Assembly (NCBI GenBank): GCA_963924565.1
Contig: OZ004615.1
Location: forward strand, 16,368,001-16,432,000
DNA: 64,000 nt
Direction: 5' to 3'
Source: Ascidiella aspersa
Taxonomy: Eukaryota
Numbering within the stretch: the first letter of the stretch is position 1; the number at the start of each line of letters is the position of its first letter. A model generated the notes under the pieces. The model was not told the DNA's origin, did no database searches, and saw nothing but the letters and a program-made list of their open reading frames with translations. This document shows positions 1 to 12,600 of this stretch, piece after piece. A program made the position numbers and the translations under genes.

Positions 1-527
1 ATTTTCTTTAATTCTATTTTTACATTTTTATTTCGATTTACTTTATATTTACGCCTTTTTCAATTGTTGTTCAGACTGTGCATAACTATAAAAGGCTTCA
101 CTTTTTGTTAAGCGTTCAATGTATCCTTTAAAATGTAGTCTGCCCAAGTCCTATATTTTATTATGTGGTAGAAATAACTCAATTAAATAGCAAGGTAATG
201 AAATCATACAATTAAACAGCGTTTTTTTAAAAGTGTGCATCTTGGCTTTTTGCCAAACAAGTATGATGTTCCTGTTAAATACCAAGTCAATTTTTTGCAA
301 CTTACTATTTGGTTACCGAATTATATAGTTATTGGAAGTAATCCCCAGTTTGGTCAGTTTTATTGTTCGAGTTATTCTTATTAGTTTTTAGCGAAATTTA
401 CTGGCTTTCCTTATATAAGTAATTTTGCGTATACAATGCGAAACCAGTGCACCTAAATAATTTACCAAGACAGATGTTGAATTTTATATTTTGTGTAATA
501 TAACGTGTAATCGTGCTTACTTTTCAG

Positions 528-680
528 AACCCGGCCGATTCGAGTTCAGCAAGTCCTCGTTCGTGTTCAAGACAAGCGGGGAAGTTGGAATGGTTCCTGT
601 GATTAGATCGGACGGAACTGACGGCGAAGTTTTCCTCAGTTGGCTCATCGAATCAGTCGGCGCCCCTTCGCCATTTGAGG
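528..680 (+). CDS. Exon 1 in window, Calx-beta N-half ([14 protein letters not shown]...)
   Basis: ttttcag acceptor, gtacgt donor, phase 1-1. Confidence 0.88.
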
Positions 681-3600
681 GTACGTGGATTAATATTCCT
701 GTTGACAGGCATCTGAGAGATTACATTAATGTGTTAATATTGTCTTTAATTTATTGGACGAGGAAGTCTGCCAAGTAACTTATAAATACCAAACCTAATG
801 ATTTAACTTGGTTGCGCTAGTATGAAAAGCTGCTCGGTCAATGTGTTCAAAATATAGTCACTTATTTATGCAACTTTTGCCACAAGTTTATTGTTTTTAC
901 TTGCGCCTCTGAAAAAAAAACAGTATTTAATACAAAAAGAGACAGAAAATTTGATTAAAAAAAATCACCGGGTACGACTAAAACGATAAAAGAAGTATGC
1001 TATTATAGACTGTACTGCGAGGAACTTGTTGTAAGAAACAGTGTTAAAATATTGTCTCTAATGGTTTAGTGACGTACATATTCCTATCTTCTAGGAGCCG
1101 AAGGTTTCCTTAACTTCCAGGACGGCCAGGTGAGCGCCAACATCGAGATCGGACTTGAGGGTGTCCCCTCCGACGAGTTCATGCTTGTTCTCCTTCCATC
1201 TAAGGACGGAGCAGTGCTTGGGGCAGCCACACGCGCCAGGGTCACAATCATTGGAGAGAAAGGTAGGGAAATGGATGTTTTTTTGTTTTTTTTTTAATAA
1301 CGGTGAATTTCTGTATGTCTGAGACGATTTCAAGCGGATTGTGGTATATTGCTGTTTTATATTAGTGAATGGATCAGGTAAATTATAAACGTCTAAATTA
1401 ATGGGGGTATATATCGCTAAACACCTATTAGGGTTTCATTCAACCATTTTGCATTCAGCTTTCTGAAAACCAGTATAAAACACGTGTTTTCTTTATATTT
1501 GACCGCCAAATACCACTACAGATCAAATGAAAGCAGATGCAACGGTTCCAAAATAAATTTACTTTACAGTATACTTTGTATTATGTTGTATATTTTGGGA
1601 GCCTTAGTTTTGCTCAACCAAGTATCTTCAGAAAATTTAAGATTTTAGATTCTCGTAACAATTCATAGCCAACACTATAACAGGATTGTGTTCTTCAAAA
1701 CCCCTATTTTTTTCCTTGTGAGTTATATTTTAATGTACGATGTAACAAGTAATAAAGCTAATTCGCCACTATTCAACAGTTGTAGACTTATTTCAGACAT
1801 AATACTATCTTTATATAAACTGTTGCTACCAGGCATAGTAATACACATAAAAAACAGCTCCTCTTGTATATTGAAACGTTGGTGAAGAATTAAAATTACC
1901 AGAGGAGCTGTTTTTTGTATAATACCATCTTCACTCACCGCTCTTACTTTTTTCCACAGAGGAGCCCACAATCGAGATGGGAGAGCCGACGATGAGTTTG
2001 CACGATCCGGAGGTGGTCGAGGTCAAGGTGATGAGGATCGGTAACGTGGAGGAGGCAACTTACGTCGGATGGAAAACGGAGGACGACACTGCCGCCAACG
2101 GGAAGCACTTCATCGGAGGAGCAGGTGGGATTTAGAATGTTGGGCTTAAAGCAATAACTTGGTATGCAGTTAATCCCGGATTATAAGCTGATTATATTCG
2201 TACTAAAAGATGAAGGAAATGTTTGTTTTGACGAATTATTATCAGCTCGGTGGCAAAGTTAAGTTACAATTAGCATATATAATTCCATTAAACAAATGGT
2301 GACAGACTCATCTCGTTATATATAGCTAAACAGTTTTTCTTTTGTTTGCTATATGTTTTTGGTTTACGATTATATGTATTTAGTATTTATCTTAAGGACT
2401 GTCACTGTAACCATATTTTATTTGCTTGGTTTTCATGTTCTACCCAGAGTTGGATCAATTGTAATTGTAACTTTTGTTATTAATTACGGTTTTTAATGCT
2501 ATTGTAATTGTAATGTAATTGAGGCATTTTCATTCTGTGTAATTCTAATTGTAATTTTCTACAATTTGGTTCAATTGATATTAGGAAAATTTAAGTTTCA
2601 ATAATGTTCCACGTTGTTTATTTTGTTTAGGAAGCCATGAAACATAAACTGATTTCCATATTTTGGCAGCAATAAAAACTTAGATCAATTGTAATTGTAA
2701 TTAATGTACAATTAATTACAGTTTTTAATGTAGTTGTAATGTAATTGAAGCACCTATGTAATTGTAATTGCAATGGAACTGAATTAATGTAATTGATCCA
2801 ACTCTGGTTCTACCCCTGTTAATCTTCCTCGTCTTTCTCCAGGCAATCTCGTCTTTGATCCTGACGAAACGGAGAAGAGCATCCTCATCCCGATCCTTGC
2901 ATCTCCCAACGACGCGCCCGGAGTCTTCGTGGTGCGACTCGTTGACGTCAGAGGCGTGGGAAAGCTTGGTGACGATGCGGCCGCGACGGAAGTAACGTTG
3001 CAGCCTGTTCCGAGTGAGTGAACACTGTTGTTTGTTGTTAAACGAGGCTAAGTTCAGGTTTTACTTTGATGTGTTTTTTTAGTTACACGAATTTAGATTA
3101 TTTTGTTACAAATGTTGTTGTTTTTGCGATGTGAAGCCTGCAACGGAATGATGCCAACTTCGACAATTAATTTAATCTGTTATTCTCTAGATTTCCAGAA
3201 ATGTCAATGTATTCTAATGAAAGGTGAAAAGAGGTTTAAAAGAGTTTTTTTTTAATTTATTTAGGGCGATCTATTAGGTTGGATTTAGTAAGCACCACCT
3301 GGAGACTAGTGTTTTTCGTAAAACTTTAAGTTTCTACTTTTAAATATTTCCTACATTCTGTCCTGATGTACATACAAATTTGATCTCTAAGTAGGTTAAA
3401 CGACTATATTTAAGATTTTCTTCGACTATTGTTTGTAATGATAAAGCATCAAGTGCAAGAAATTAAATTGTTTGTAGTTAGAAAATTGTAAAGTGTGTCG
3501 ATTTAATCGTTTACATTTATGCCTTTTTCTAAAATCTTTAACGTTAAAACTACACAGGAATCGAAAGAGTACAATTACAAGAATCCGCACCCACAGGTAT

Positions 3601-6600
3601 TAAACATATCGGTGCCTAATCAAATAACCAACATCCACGCTTTCAAGCATATAATTTGTTCAATTTCCATCGAAACACTGTTAAAAATGCTTTAATTCAA
3701 CCATCCTCACTTATTTTTGCAAACTGATATTACGTTTGAATCTATATTATATTTTCTCAAATAAGCTCATAGCATGAAAAATTGAGATTTTTAAGTATTA
3801 AATTTTAAGGCGGGTGGAAACCGCATGGCTATTTTTGTACTGGCTGACTTGCTGAAACATTCTGATTGTAAAGCTTGTGATACATATACACTATACGTGT
3901 TACATTTATAACTTTGATTATAGCATGCACGTGCGAAAAGAATGTGACTTTAATATGTAACTAATTTGTGGATTACTATCGCGTGTGGTAGGATTAAGCA
4001 TTAAATCTTCAGACTCAAGACTCTACTGCATGACGATTGTGATTTGTTGTTTGCATGTCGCGCGTGGTGGCCAACTTGCATTGCAATGTATACTCATTAA
4101 TCGCCAGCTGATAAAGTAATCAATACAATGAAAAGTGATATGACTGCTTGTTACGAAAATATATAATTGTACATTCAGTTATTTTCGCCTAATTACAAAA
4201 ACGTCTCCTTGTAAGGCCATGTTATGGTCGATAAAGTAATCAATAATGAGAAGTAATATTACTGCTTATTACAAAAATAAGAAATTGTACATTCAGTTAT
4301 TTTCGCCTAATTAAAAAACTTCTCATGTGTAAGGCATAAAATAACTCCCGTGTAAGGCATAAAATCGAACTAGTTATGGCAATTTGTTGCTTAACTGTAA
4401 CCTTACGCCTAAAACACCGTTTTCGCGCTTTATATTTTTCGTCATCTAATTTTCGGAACACTTTTTCCAGAAATGGTGGTTGAATTCCTGCGAAAGCGAT
4501 ACCTCTTCCGCCAGTCGCAGGGATCGGCCTTCGTCCCAGTTAGACGATCCAATGCCTACGGGATGCTGGCTCTTCGCTGGAGGACTCAGCCAATCACGGG
4601 AGCCGACGACTCCCAGCTGGCATCCTGGACCTCCGAGAAGAGGGAGAGGAAGAACTCATCCTCTTCGGTCGACTCTTCGCCCGAAAGAGGACAGAAGCAG
4701 GCGGAGGAAGTTGCGGCCTACGACGACAGCCTGATCGACTGGGGATCCGGTAAGTTGCAATTTTGTCGGGGTGTTTAATTTTCTGCAATGACTAAGTACA
4801 AATATGTTTTGTAAATGGCTGAATCTGTCTAATTCTAAATAGAGGAATAAGGAGCCATCTTATTCCTCTAAGTAAAAATAGTGTTTCGGATTGTTTTGTT
4901 TTATAAAAATATAAAGAGATGGAAGATTTGTAAGGTCGTAGCCAAAATAGGTTGATCATACGACGAAGTAAGGGATGTCGTTTAGTTAATGTAAATAACA
5001 ATACGTCTTCCTTTAACTATGAAAGTTGTCCAACAATTGTTATTTAACCTGAGTAAATTACTCAAAACCTAATTTTAGAACTGTTACTATTTTAAGCAAA
5101 TCGATCGACAAAAAACATTTTGTTAAGTACAAAGCGCGCCATAAACGTTCCGAGAGAATGTAAATGTTAATATGCCACGTTTTTTAACTGTTCATATGAA
5201 CACAGGAACGATCACGTTCGACGACGGCGATCACGAGGCGAGCATCGAGGTGATCGTGTGCCGTGATATGGCTCACCGTGAGTCCAACTTCCGAGTTGAG
5301 CTGGTCGATCCGTATGACCGCGTCACCTTCGCTGTTCCGACCACGATGGTGACCGTGATCAGAGACAAAGGTGAGATGTTTTTCGTGATGCTTTATTCGT
5401 TGATCTAAAGTCTAAACAGGATTGTGATGTAATGTTGCCGTAAGATAACTGTGTGGAATACGTCTGTTAAGTTACTGGAAAGAATATTCTTAGCGCTAAA
5501 CCAGAGTTTGGAACTCATTTTCATTCATAACCATCCATGTCTATTCAAATAACTATGTGTAATTGTGTATTCACACAAGTTGGTTGTAAGTAGCATATCA
5601 TTAGAGGAAAATCTATAATCTGAATAGCAAAACCTTTTTTAATGATCCTTGCCTAACTAACTAGCAATGAAGTACATCTACTCTGTCCACATGGGTTTTT
5701 TAAATATTACAGCATTTACCCTTCTCAGCGACAGTTAAGGTATACTTCTTAAGAAAACCTTGCCGCCATTGCGGTAGCCCTTCGTTAGGTTATCCTCAAG
5801 GGTCCATGGGTCGCAGATAAGACGCCCTGGTTTAAACTGACTTCAAATTTTTATATAAAATAGGGGCAGAAGACTAATCAAATCTGTTTACACATGCGAG
5901 AACACGCATTGATAAAACACGCGTAATTACTTATTCCACAAATGGGTTTTTATTCTCGGCTGGCTAGGTCAGCAGTTTTTACAAAGATATTTTCTTCTTT
6001 GCTCAGACCCCGGCATGCTGGGCTTCGCGAGCCCCAAGTACAACTTCATGTGCAGCGAGAAGCAACTTGTGATCCCGGTCCATCGCAGCTCCGGCGCAGA
6101 CGGAACGGTCGCCGTGCCTTGGTACACCAGGGACGCAACCGCTGTTGGTAAGACGCAGATTTACTGAGCTTGGGGTTTCTTTAAAGTTAGACGGTATCAC
6201 TATAAAAATGTTTATTTAAAAAAATTAGAAAATATTTGGTATTTTAGCAAAGTTTGCAATATCGGTAAAATCTTTTAGTTTTAAACGCTGATCTGACAAA
6301 CGCCATGAAACGTTGTTTGTATCTTTTTCGAAATGTTGAGCGACACGGTGCACTGATGCAGTCGACTCGAGTTAAATTCATATATATTTATATCTTTATT
6401 TTTAGATATTTGTTTAAATATATAGACGTGTCTGATTTTGACTTACTAACTACTGACCAAGAAAGCGGTCTTAACAAGATTAGTCTTGTTTCAAGTATCG
6501 GTAGAATATAAAAAAAACTCTTTGGAAAAGGTAAATCTAAACGAAAATCATCCTTAGTGTTTTACGAAAATTGTACGACCGGCGACCATATTCTTTGCAA

Positions 6601-9600
6601 CATATCTTGCTCAGCAAAATCGAAAAGAAAAAACAAAACGTGTGCACTGTTAATAACGTAAAGCGAAAACTGAGCGACCGTTTGGTGTAGGTGGAGTGCA
6701 CTACTTGCCGGCCGACGGTAACCTGGTCTTTGGCGACGGCGATGTGCTCCGCAAAATCACAATCCCGATGCCAAAGAGGGTCGACTACTTTGACGAGGAC
6801 GAAGTCGCATTCAAGCTCTGTCTAGGCGAGCCGACCGGCGGAGCGTCGCTCAACGTATACGAGGCACACGTCATACTGCAAAACGACATAGGCGAGTGGA
6901 TATTTTATACGTTTTCATAGTCGCAAGTTCTGGTTTTCATTCTGGAGGTTTTTCGGTCGTTTAATGACGATTTGTATGCAAACACAGAGTTGCTAAAAAC
7001 GTTAGGTTACGATGGAAGAGGAACCAACCTCCTTTACCAGTGTTTCTCAACCCTTTTTTTGCGGCGAATAAAATTCCTATTATTTTTGTCAGAGAACAAA
7101 GCATAAGACAGTGACATAAACAAGGTGGAATTTATTAATTAATTAATTAATTATTGTGAGCCAGGACGTGACAAAATCATGGTCATTACGGATCTTACTG
7201 ATCTTAGTCTACCACTTTAAATCTGCTGCAATCGGCGACCCAATTGTTTTTCTTTTTTTTTGGCGACCCAATTTTTGGTTTTTTTTTCGACCCAGGTTGA
7301 AAAACACTGGAAGTCATTATCTTTAGGCAGTGCCACTTCGGAAGTGGCTAATGTAAATTTCAAGTATACACATTTGTAAGTCAGGTCAAGTTGTATGTAT
7401 ATCAGGTTAAGTCATACAACGCTCACAGAATATTACCTAAACGTATAGTGATATTTTCGTAGTAATTCGTTTGATAATTTTTTTACAACTATTATCAAGC
7501 GTTGCGCATTTCTTCAACAGTTCCCGCCAAGATCTCATTCGCCGAGCCCAGCATCACGTGCTGCCAGTCAAGTGGAACGCTCCAGGTTCCGGTTCACCGC
7601 GACCAGGACGCCTCGGGTCTGGCCACCCTGGCCTGGCAGGTCCGGGGACTCCCCGGCAAGCCTAAGTCTCGCTACGAGGGCGCCACCGGAACCTTGGTGT
7701 TTGCTGACGGCGAGCCATCCAAAGGTTTGTAAAGATGTCTGTTTTTAAGTGGCACAAGCACGCTACTAAGCAACTTAAATTGCACAAAAAATCACGGCAA
7801 CTGTCACAGGTTGTTCCTGTGTAGAAGGCTCGAAATCTAAAATCTTATATTTCATAAATTTAAGATAATTAAAACCGTTGTTTTGCTATTTAGATTTGAA
7901 TTCCCTATATTGCTAATTTAAACGCACCAAAAACATAATTTAAACGCACCAATAAAAAGCAGTTTTTTCTCCTTAAATATATTTTTTTTATTTTGGCGCA
8001 GACATCTCGATCAAGTTGCCGCCCCAAGTGCAACAATACACAATGGACGCCTTCCAGATAATCCTGGAGCAGCCTACAAGCGGACGAGCTACGCTGGGAG
8101 ACCACCAGCAGTGCAACGTGTCCGTCGATAACGACATAAGTAAGTTTGCTTTGCGTTTAATTTGTAACAATCCTTTTCTGCTATTTGTTTAAAAGTGATA
8201 CATGTATCGTTAACCAGGGTACACTAGAATGCACGGTTATGTAATCAAGCTTGATAATGAATTGCAAAACCGAAAAGATCGAGTAGATCGACATCATCTT
8301 GATTATGAGCTTGTATCATATTCAGTTAAAATGCATTGTTAACCATCTTACAATAAACTAGGTGTACCGGTTGATAGAAGCTTTTGAAATGCAATTGGTT
8401 AACGTTAGTGACCATAGCCCATACTAGTCTGACGTGCTAAGGGTAGTTTTCTAAACAAACTGAAAAACCAAAATTGTTTTTTTTATATTCCACTTTGTGC
8501 AACACATGCATGGCGATTTCTTATTCCGTGGCTTTCCACAAAGCAGCGACCCTTAAACCTTTAAAATCGGACATTATCACATTGTTGTATTTCAGTTCCC
8601 GGACGTTTCAACCTGGAGCGGGAGAGCTACGACTTTAAACAGAGCCAAGGCCGTGACGTCATTCGCGTGGTGAGGAACGGAGGTGCAAAAGGAGCCGTGT
8701 CGCTTCCCTGGAGGGTAAGTCGACTTCAATGTTGGTTTCACGGCGAGGTTACACATAGGTGGTTATTTCATGCTATATCCTGTACACGTGTAAGGGCAGT
8801 TTATTTAATCCCCTAATTCCGGATTTGCCACTAACCTTTATCCTCGTCAAACTTTATTTGCACATTTTTAAATATTCCAGTAATTTTTTCGTCTGTAGTC
8901 TTGCCAACAACGGATTGTAGCAGTTAAAAGATGCTATAGTTTATAAATATGTATTTTGAATAGCAACTTTGCGCTGTTAAAGTTTGATACATAAGGGCAT
9001 CAATTTTATTTTTTTTAATTGCTTTAAATTAAATCTCCCTGTGTTTTTGATTTTGTTAGAGCACATTAACTTGTAAATAAACTTTAAAGGTTCTACCCGC
9101 CCTTGACACATCACCGCCCTCATCCATGCATGACCTTCACGGTTCAGTGGAGTTCGATGACGGACAAACAAGCGCTGACGTCATCATCAACTTTCCACCA
9201 GATACTGACGAAGACGAGGAAAGGTAGTTTTTCTCCTACGCCGTTCCGTCGCGAATATTATTCATAAATGTATTCTAAGGCATACCGTAATGGTATCGTT
9301 ACAATGAGTTACATCAAAAAAGTTTGACAAGATATCCTAGATTTTTAAACTCGGAGTTGTTCAGTTTTATTATTACAGGTTTTTTTAATTCCGAGTTCTT
9401 TAGTAATCATATTAAATCCAGGAGTGATTTCTGAAATTCCAGCCAACAGTCCAATATTGCTCACCCATCCTTCTTTTTTCAGCTTCGTGTTCATTCTGCT
9501 GCCGCCAGATGGCAGAGCGGAGCTCGAGGAGCCATACAGGGCAAATATGACCTTGGACAATGATCTGCGAAGCGAGGTGACCTTCACCAAGCCAGAATAC

Positions 9601-12600
9601 GTTATCAGGGGTGACATCGACACTTTCCTGTTGCCCGTCGTCAGGGATGGGCCAAAAGGAAGACCAGCATCCGTTGAATACAAGACCAAAGGTTTGTTGG
9701 GACATTTGAACGTGGGTCATAGAGTTTTATGAGCGTTTGTAATGATAAATTATAATGGATTCTGGTAAAAATCTACTTTACTTTGTAAACCCTTGGATTG
9801 GATGTTTTTTAGATCAGGGTTTCTTAACCAGGGGTGTGAGATTTTCAAGGGGGTGTGGTGATGCTGAATCAGACACAGAAAATGTATTGTTGTAATTTAT
9901 TTCTTTGCTTAATTAAATGTAAAACTAATTCACATTTTGGTATTGGATTCTTGTGTTATAAGTTACTTGCATAAAAATAAAATTACAATGGATTTGATAT
10001 TTAAGCATTTCTAAAAGGGGTTGCGAGAATTGTCGGTGATTTTAAAGGAATACAGCAAGGAAAAAGGTTAAGAATCACTGTTTTAGATACTTGTGTTGCA
10101 CCATAGCAAAACTACTGCACGTAACTTGGTAAAACGAAACATAAGGGCCTTAAAAAAATCTTATACAAAAACTGGGACTAACCTTCAACATTTGAACTTG
10201 AGAAACAATAGACTTATCATAAAGCCATCTTTCATCCGCAGATGGTTCAGCCCAGGATTGCACGCACTACATCGGAGGCGAAGGAGTCCTCAGCTTTGTT
10301 CCGGGAGAGAACAAGAAGGACATTCTCATCCCGGTCATGAACGACTCGAACGGCGGAAGAGTGTCCTTCACCGTCCAACTGGGCGATATTACAGGGCCGG
10401 CAGAGGCGGGGGCTAACGTGTCGGCAACCGTCCATATCGACAACATCGCAGGTATTTTAGGTCGCTTTGATATTGTTGCCACATTTGGAAGGACAGTTCT
10501 TTACTTGCGCGAATTGTTTAAAGGGTAAAAAAAGATTAGATTTTAATGAAAAACTTTACAGTCAGTCCGTTTCCATCAGTAGAAGAACTCGTTGCAAGAA
10601 AATATTACATGTTGTGCAGAAACAATGGTTAAAATAAATATTTACGCAAAAATTGTTATGTATTTTACGAGGCGGAGTCAAAAACACTATAAAGTAGCGG
10701 TCCCCAAACTTGGGTCCGTATAGCAGTTTTAGAGGTCCCACAATGAAAATAATAACTGTGATTCGATAATAAAGCTTTCTCGGGTGCATTGATGAGGTAA
10801 TTGCAGCAAAACAATTGCACCCATCCCATTAAACGCTTACCGTATTTGAGAGTTTTTTTGCTTTTTCTTTCATTGGTGTTTTTTTGCATTTTTCCTATAG
10901 CATTCTTTATTTTTTATAGGGCCGCGAAATATCAAAATAACTGCAAAGGTTCCACCAGGCAAAATATTTAGAAAAGTTTTGGAACCGCTGCAGTATAAAG
11001 GCCTCCAATGTTTTGCGTTCGCACCAGGTTCTGGAAAGTTCGAAATGGCTTCTCGCCAGCAGCGCGTCAACCAGAGCGAGGGCGTCCTCAAGGTGGCGGT
11101 AGTGCGCAAGAGCGGGCGCAAAGGTTCGGCCGACGTTTCGTGGTTCGTGGAAAGGGTGGCCGGCACCCACACAGCACCCTCACCCCTGCAACGCGCCGAC
11201 GACTACGACAACATGGAGGGAACCGTGAGTGGTCGTTTACTTTTTGACCCGCAATTGTTTCCGCTACATCCGTTTCGACAAATTCGCCTTTTTTGTCTCA
11301 CAGTGGACGAAAAATATACGCGGTTTTGCGCAGTATTCGATACTTCGCAGTATTGCAGAATTTGGGTTCGAAGCGGTATTTGTTTAAATTAAAAGTGAAA
11401 ATTAGGGCGACACTGTTTATTTTAAAATTTTATGCGATTTTACTTCATGTGCTTGAGCCCTCATTACGCATGTTTTCCTTCGTTTAATATAATTTAAGAC
11501 GGATGTGAAATTTCTTCTAAATTGAAATATATTTTTTGCCAACATAATTAAAAAAAATATTATATTCAGATAATAAATTGCAAAGCCAAAAAATCCGAGT
11601 TGATCGACATTATCTTGATTATTAAGACGTTTAGATAAGATCTTCAGTTAAAAGCTTATATCTAAACGTCTTAACAATCAAGATTATATCGATCTACTCG
11701 GCTTTTTAAGCTTTGTAATTAATTATCAAGCTACATTACAGATCCGTCTACAGTTTACCAATGATATATTTAATCTTTTAACATCAATGGAAATAGACAA
11801 CGTCAATCAGTTCGTTTAGGTAACATTTTGGCGACAAAGGCTGTATGTTTCCATTTTCTTTATCGTTATTCGAAATTTATGTATTCTACAGTTAACGTTC
11901 GACGACGGCGAAGACGAAAAGTACCTGGAAATTCCGCTTTCGGATCGACCGCAGGATGACGACGTCACCTCTGTTGACGTCACGCTTCTGACGCCTACGT
12001 CAGGCGCAACGCTTGGCGAGCTGACGTCTACACGGGTTGCGATCAACAACGATGTCGGTAAGTGGGACGTGAATTTTCTGATATGTAAAAGGACGTTATA
12101 ACAACTACAGTAAAATGTTAGAAAATTGTTCGTATTTACTTTTGAAAAATATATTGTGATATGTTTTTTATTTTCTATGTCCAAATCTAAATCTAACGTA
12201 TGGATTATAGTTAAGCAATTTAAAACACAAAAAAATCCCTTTGGTGAACGCAAACAAACATTAGTTTTCACAGAGGGTGTCATAAAGGTAACTCATCAAA
12301 ACATTCCCAATTTAAATTCCTTTAAAAAACGTATTCATTAATGCAAACAAGCAAACAGTACTTATTTTCGGCATGCATACTGTTTTCTGTTAATATAGGT
12401 TACAAACATAGTCCAGTTAAAACAACATAAAAAGTATTTCAAGCCATTAGGCTTGGTTTTAAAAGCAAGATACAATAGCTACTTATCACTTATGTACACC
12501 ACGAGCTTCTTTGTTTTTTTAGACGGCGGCACCGTCCAACTGGAAAAGCCTAGCATCGAAACTTTCGGCACCGACGGCGACGTGAGGGTCGTGGTGGTCC

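Noticed and set aside
1849-1916. Short hairpin resembling a bacterial intrinsic terminator
   Set aside because: Eukaryotic intron context; most likely a decayed MITE or chance inverted repeat.
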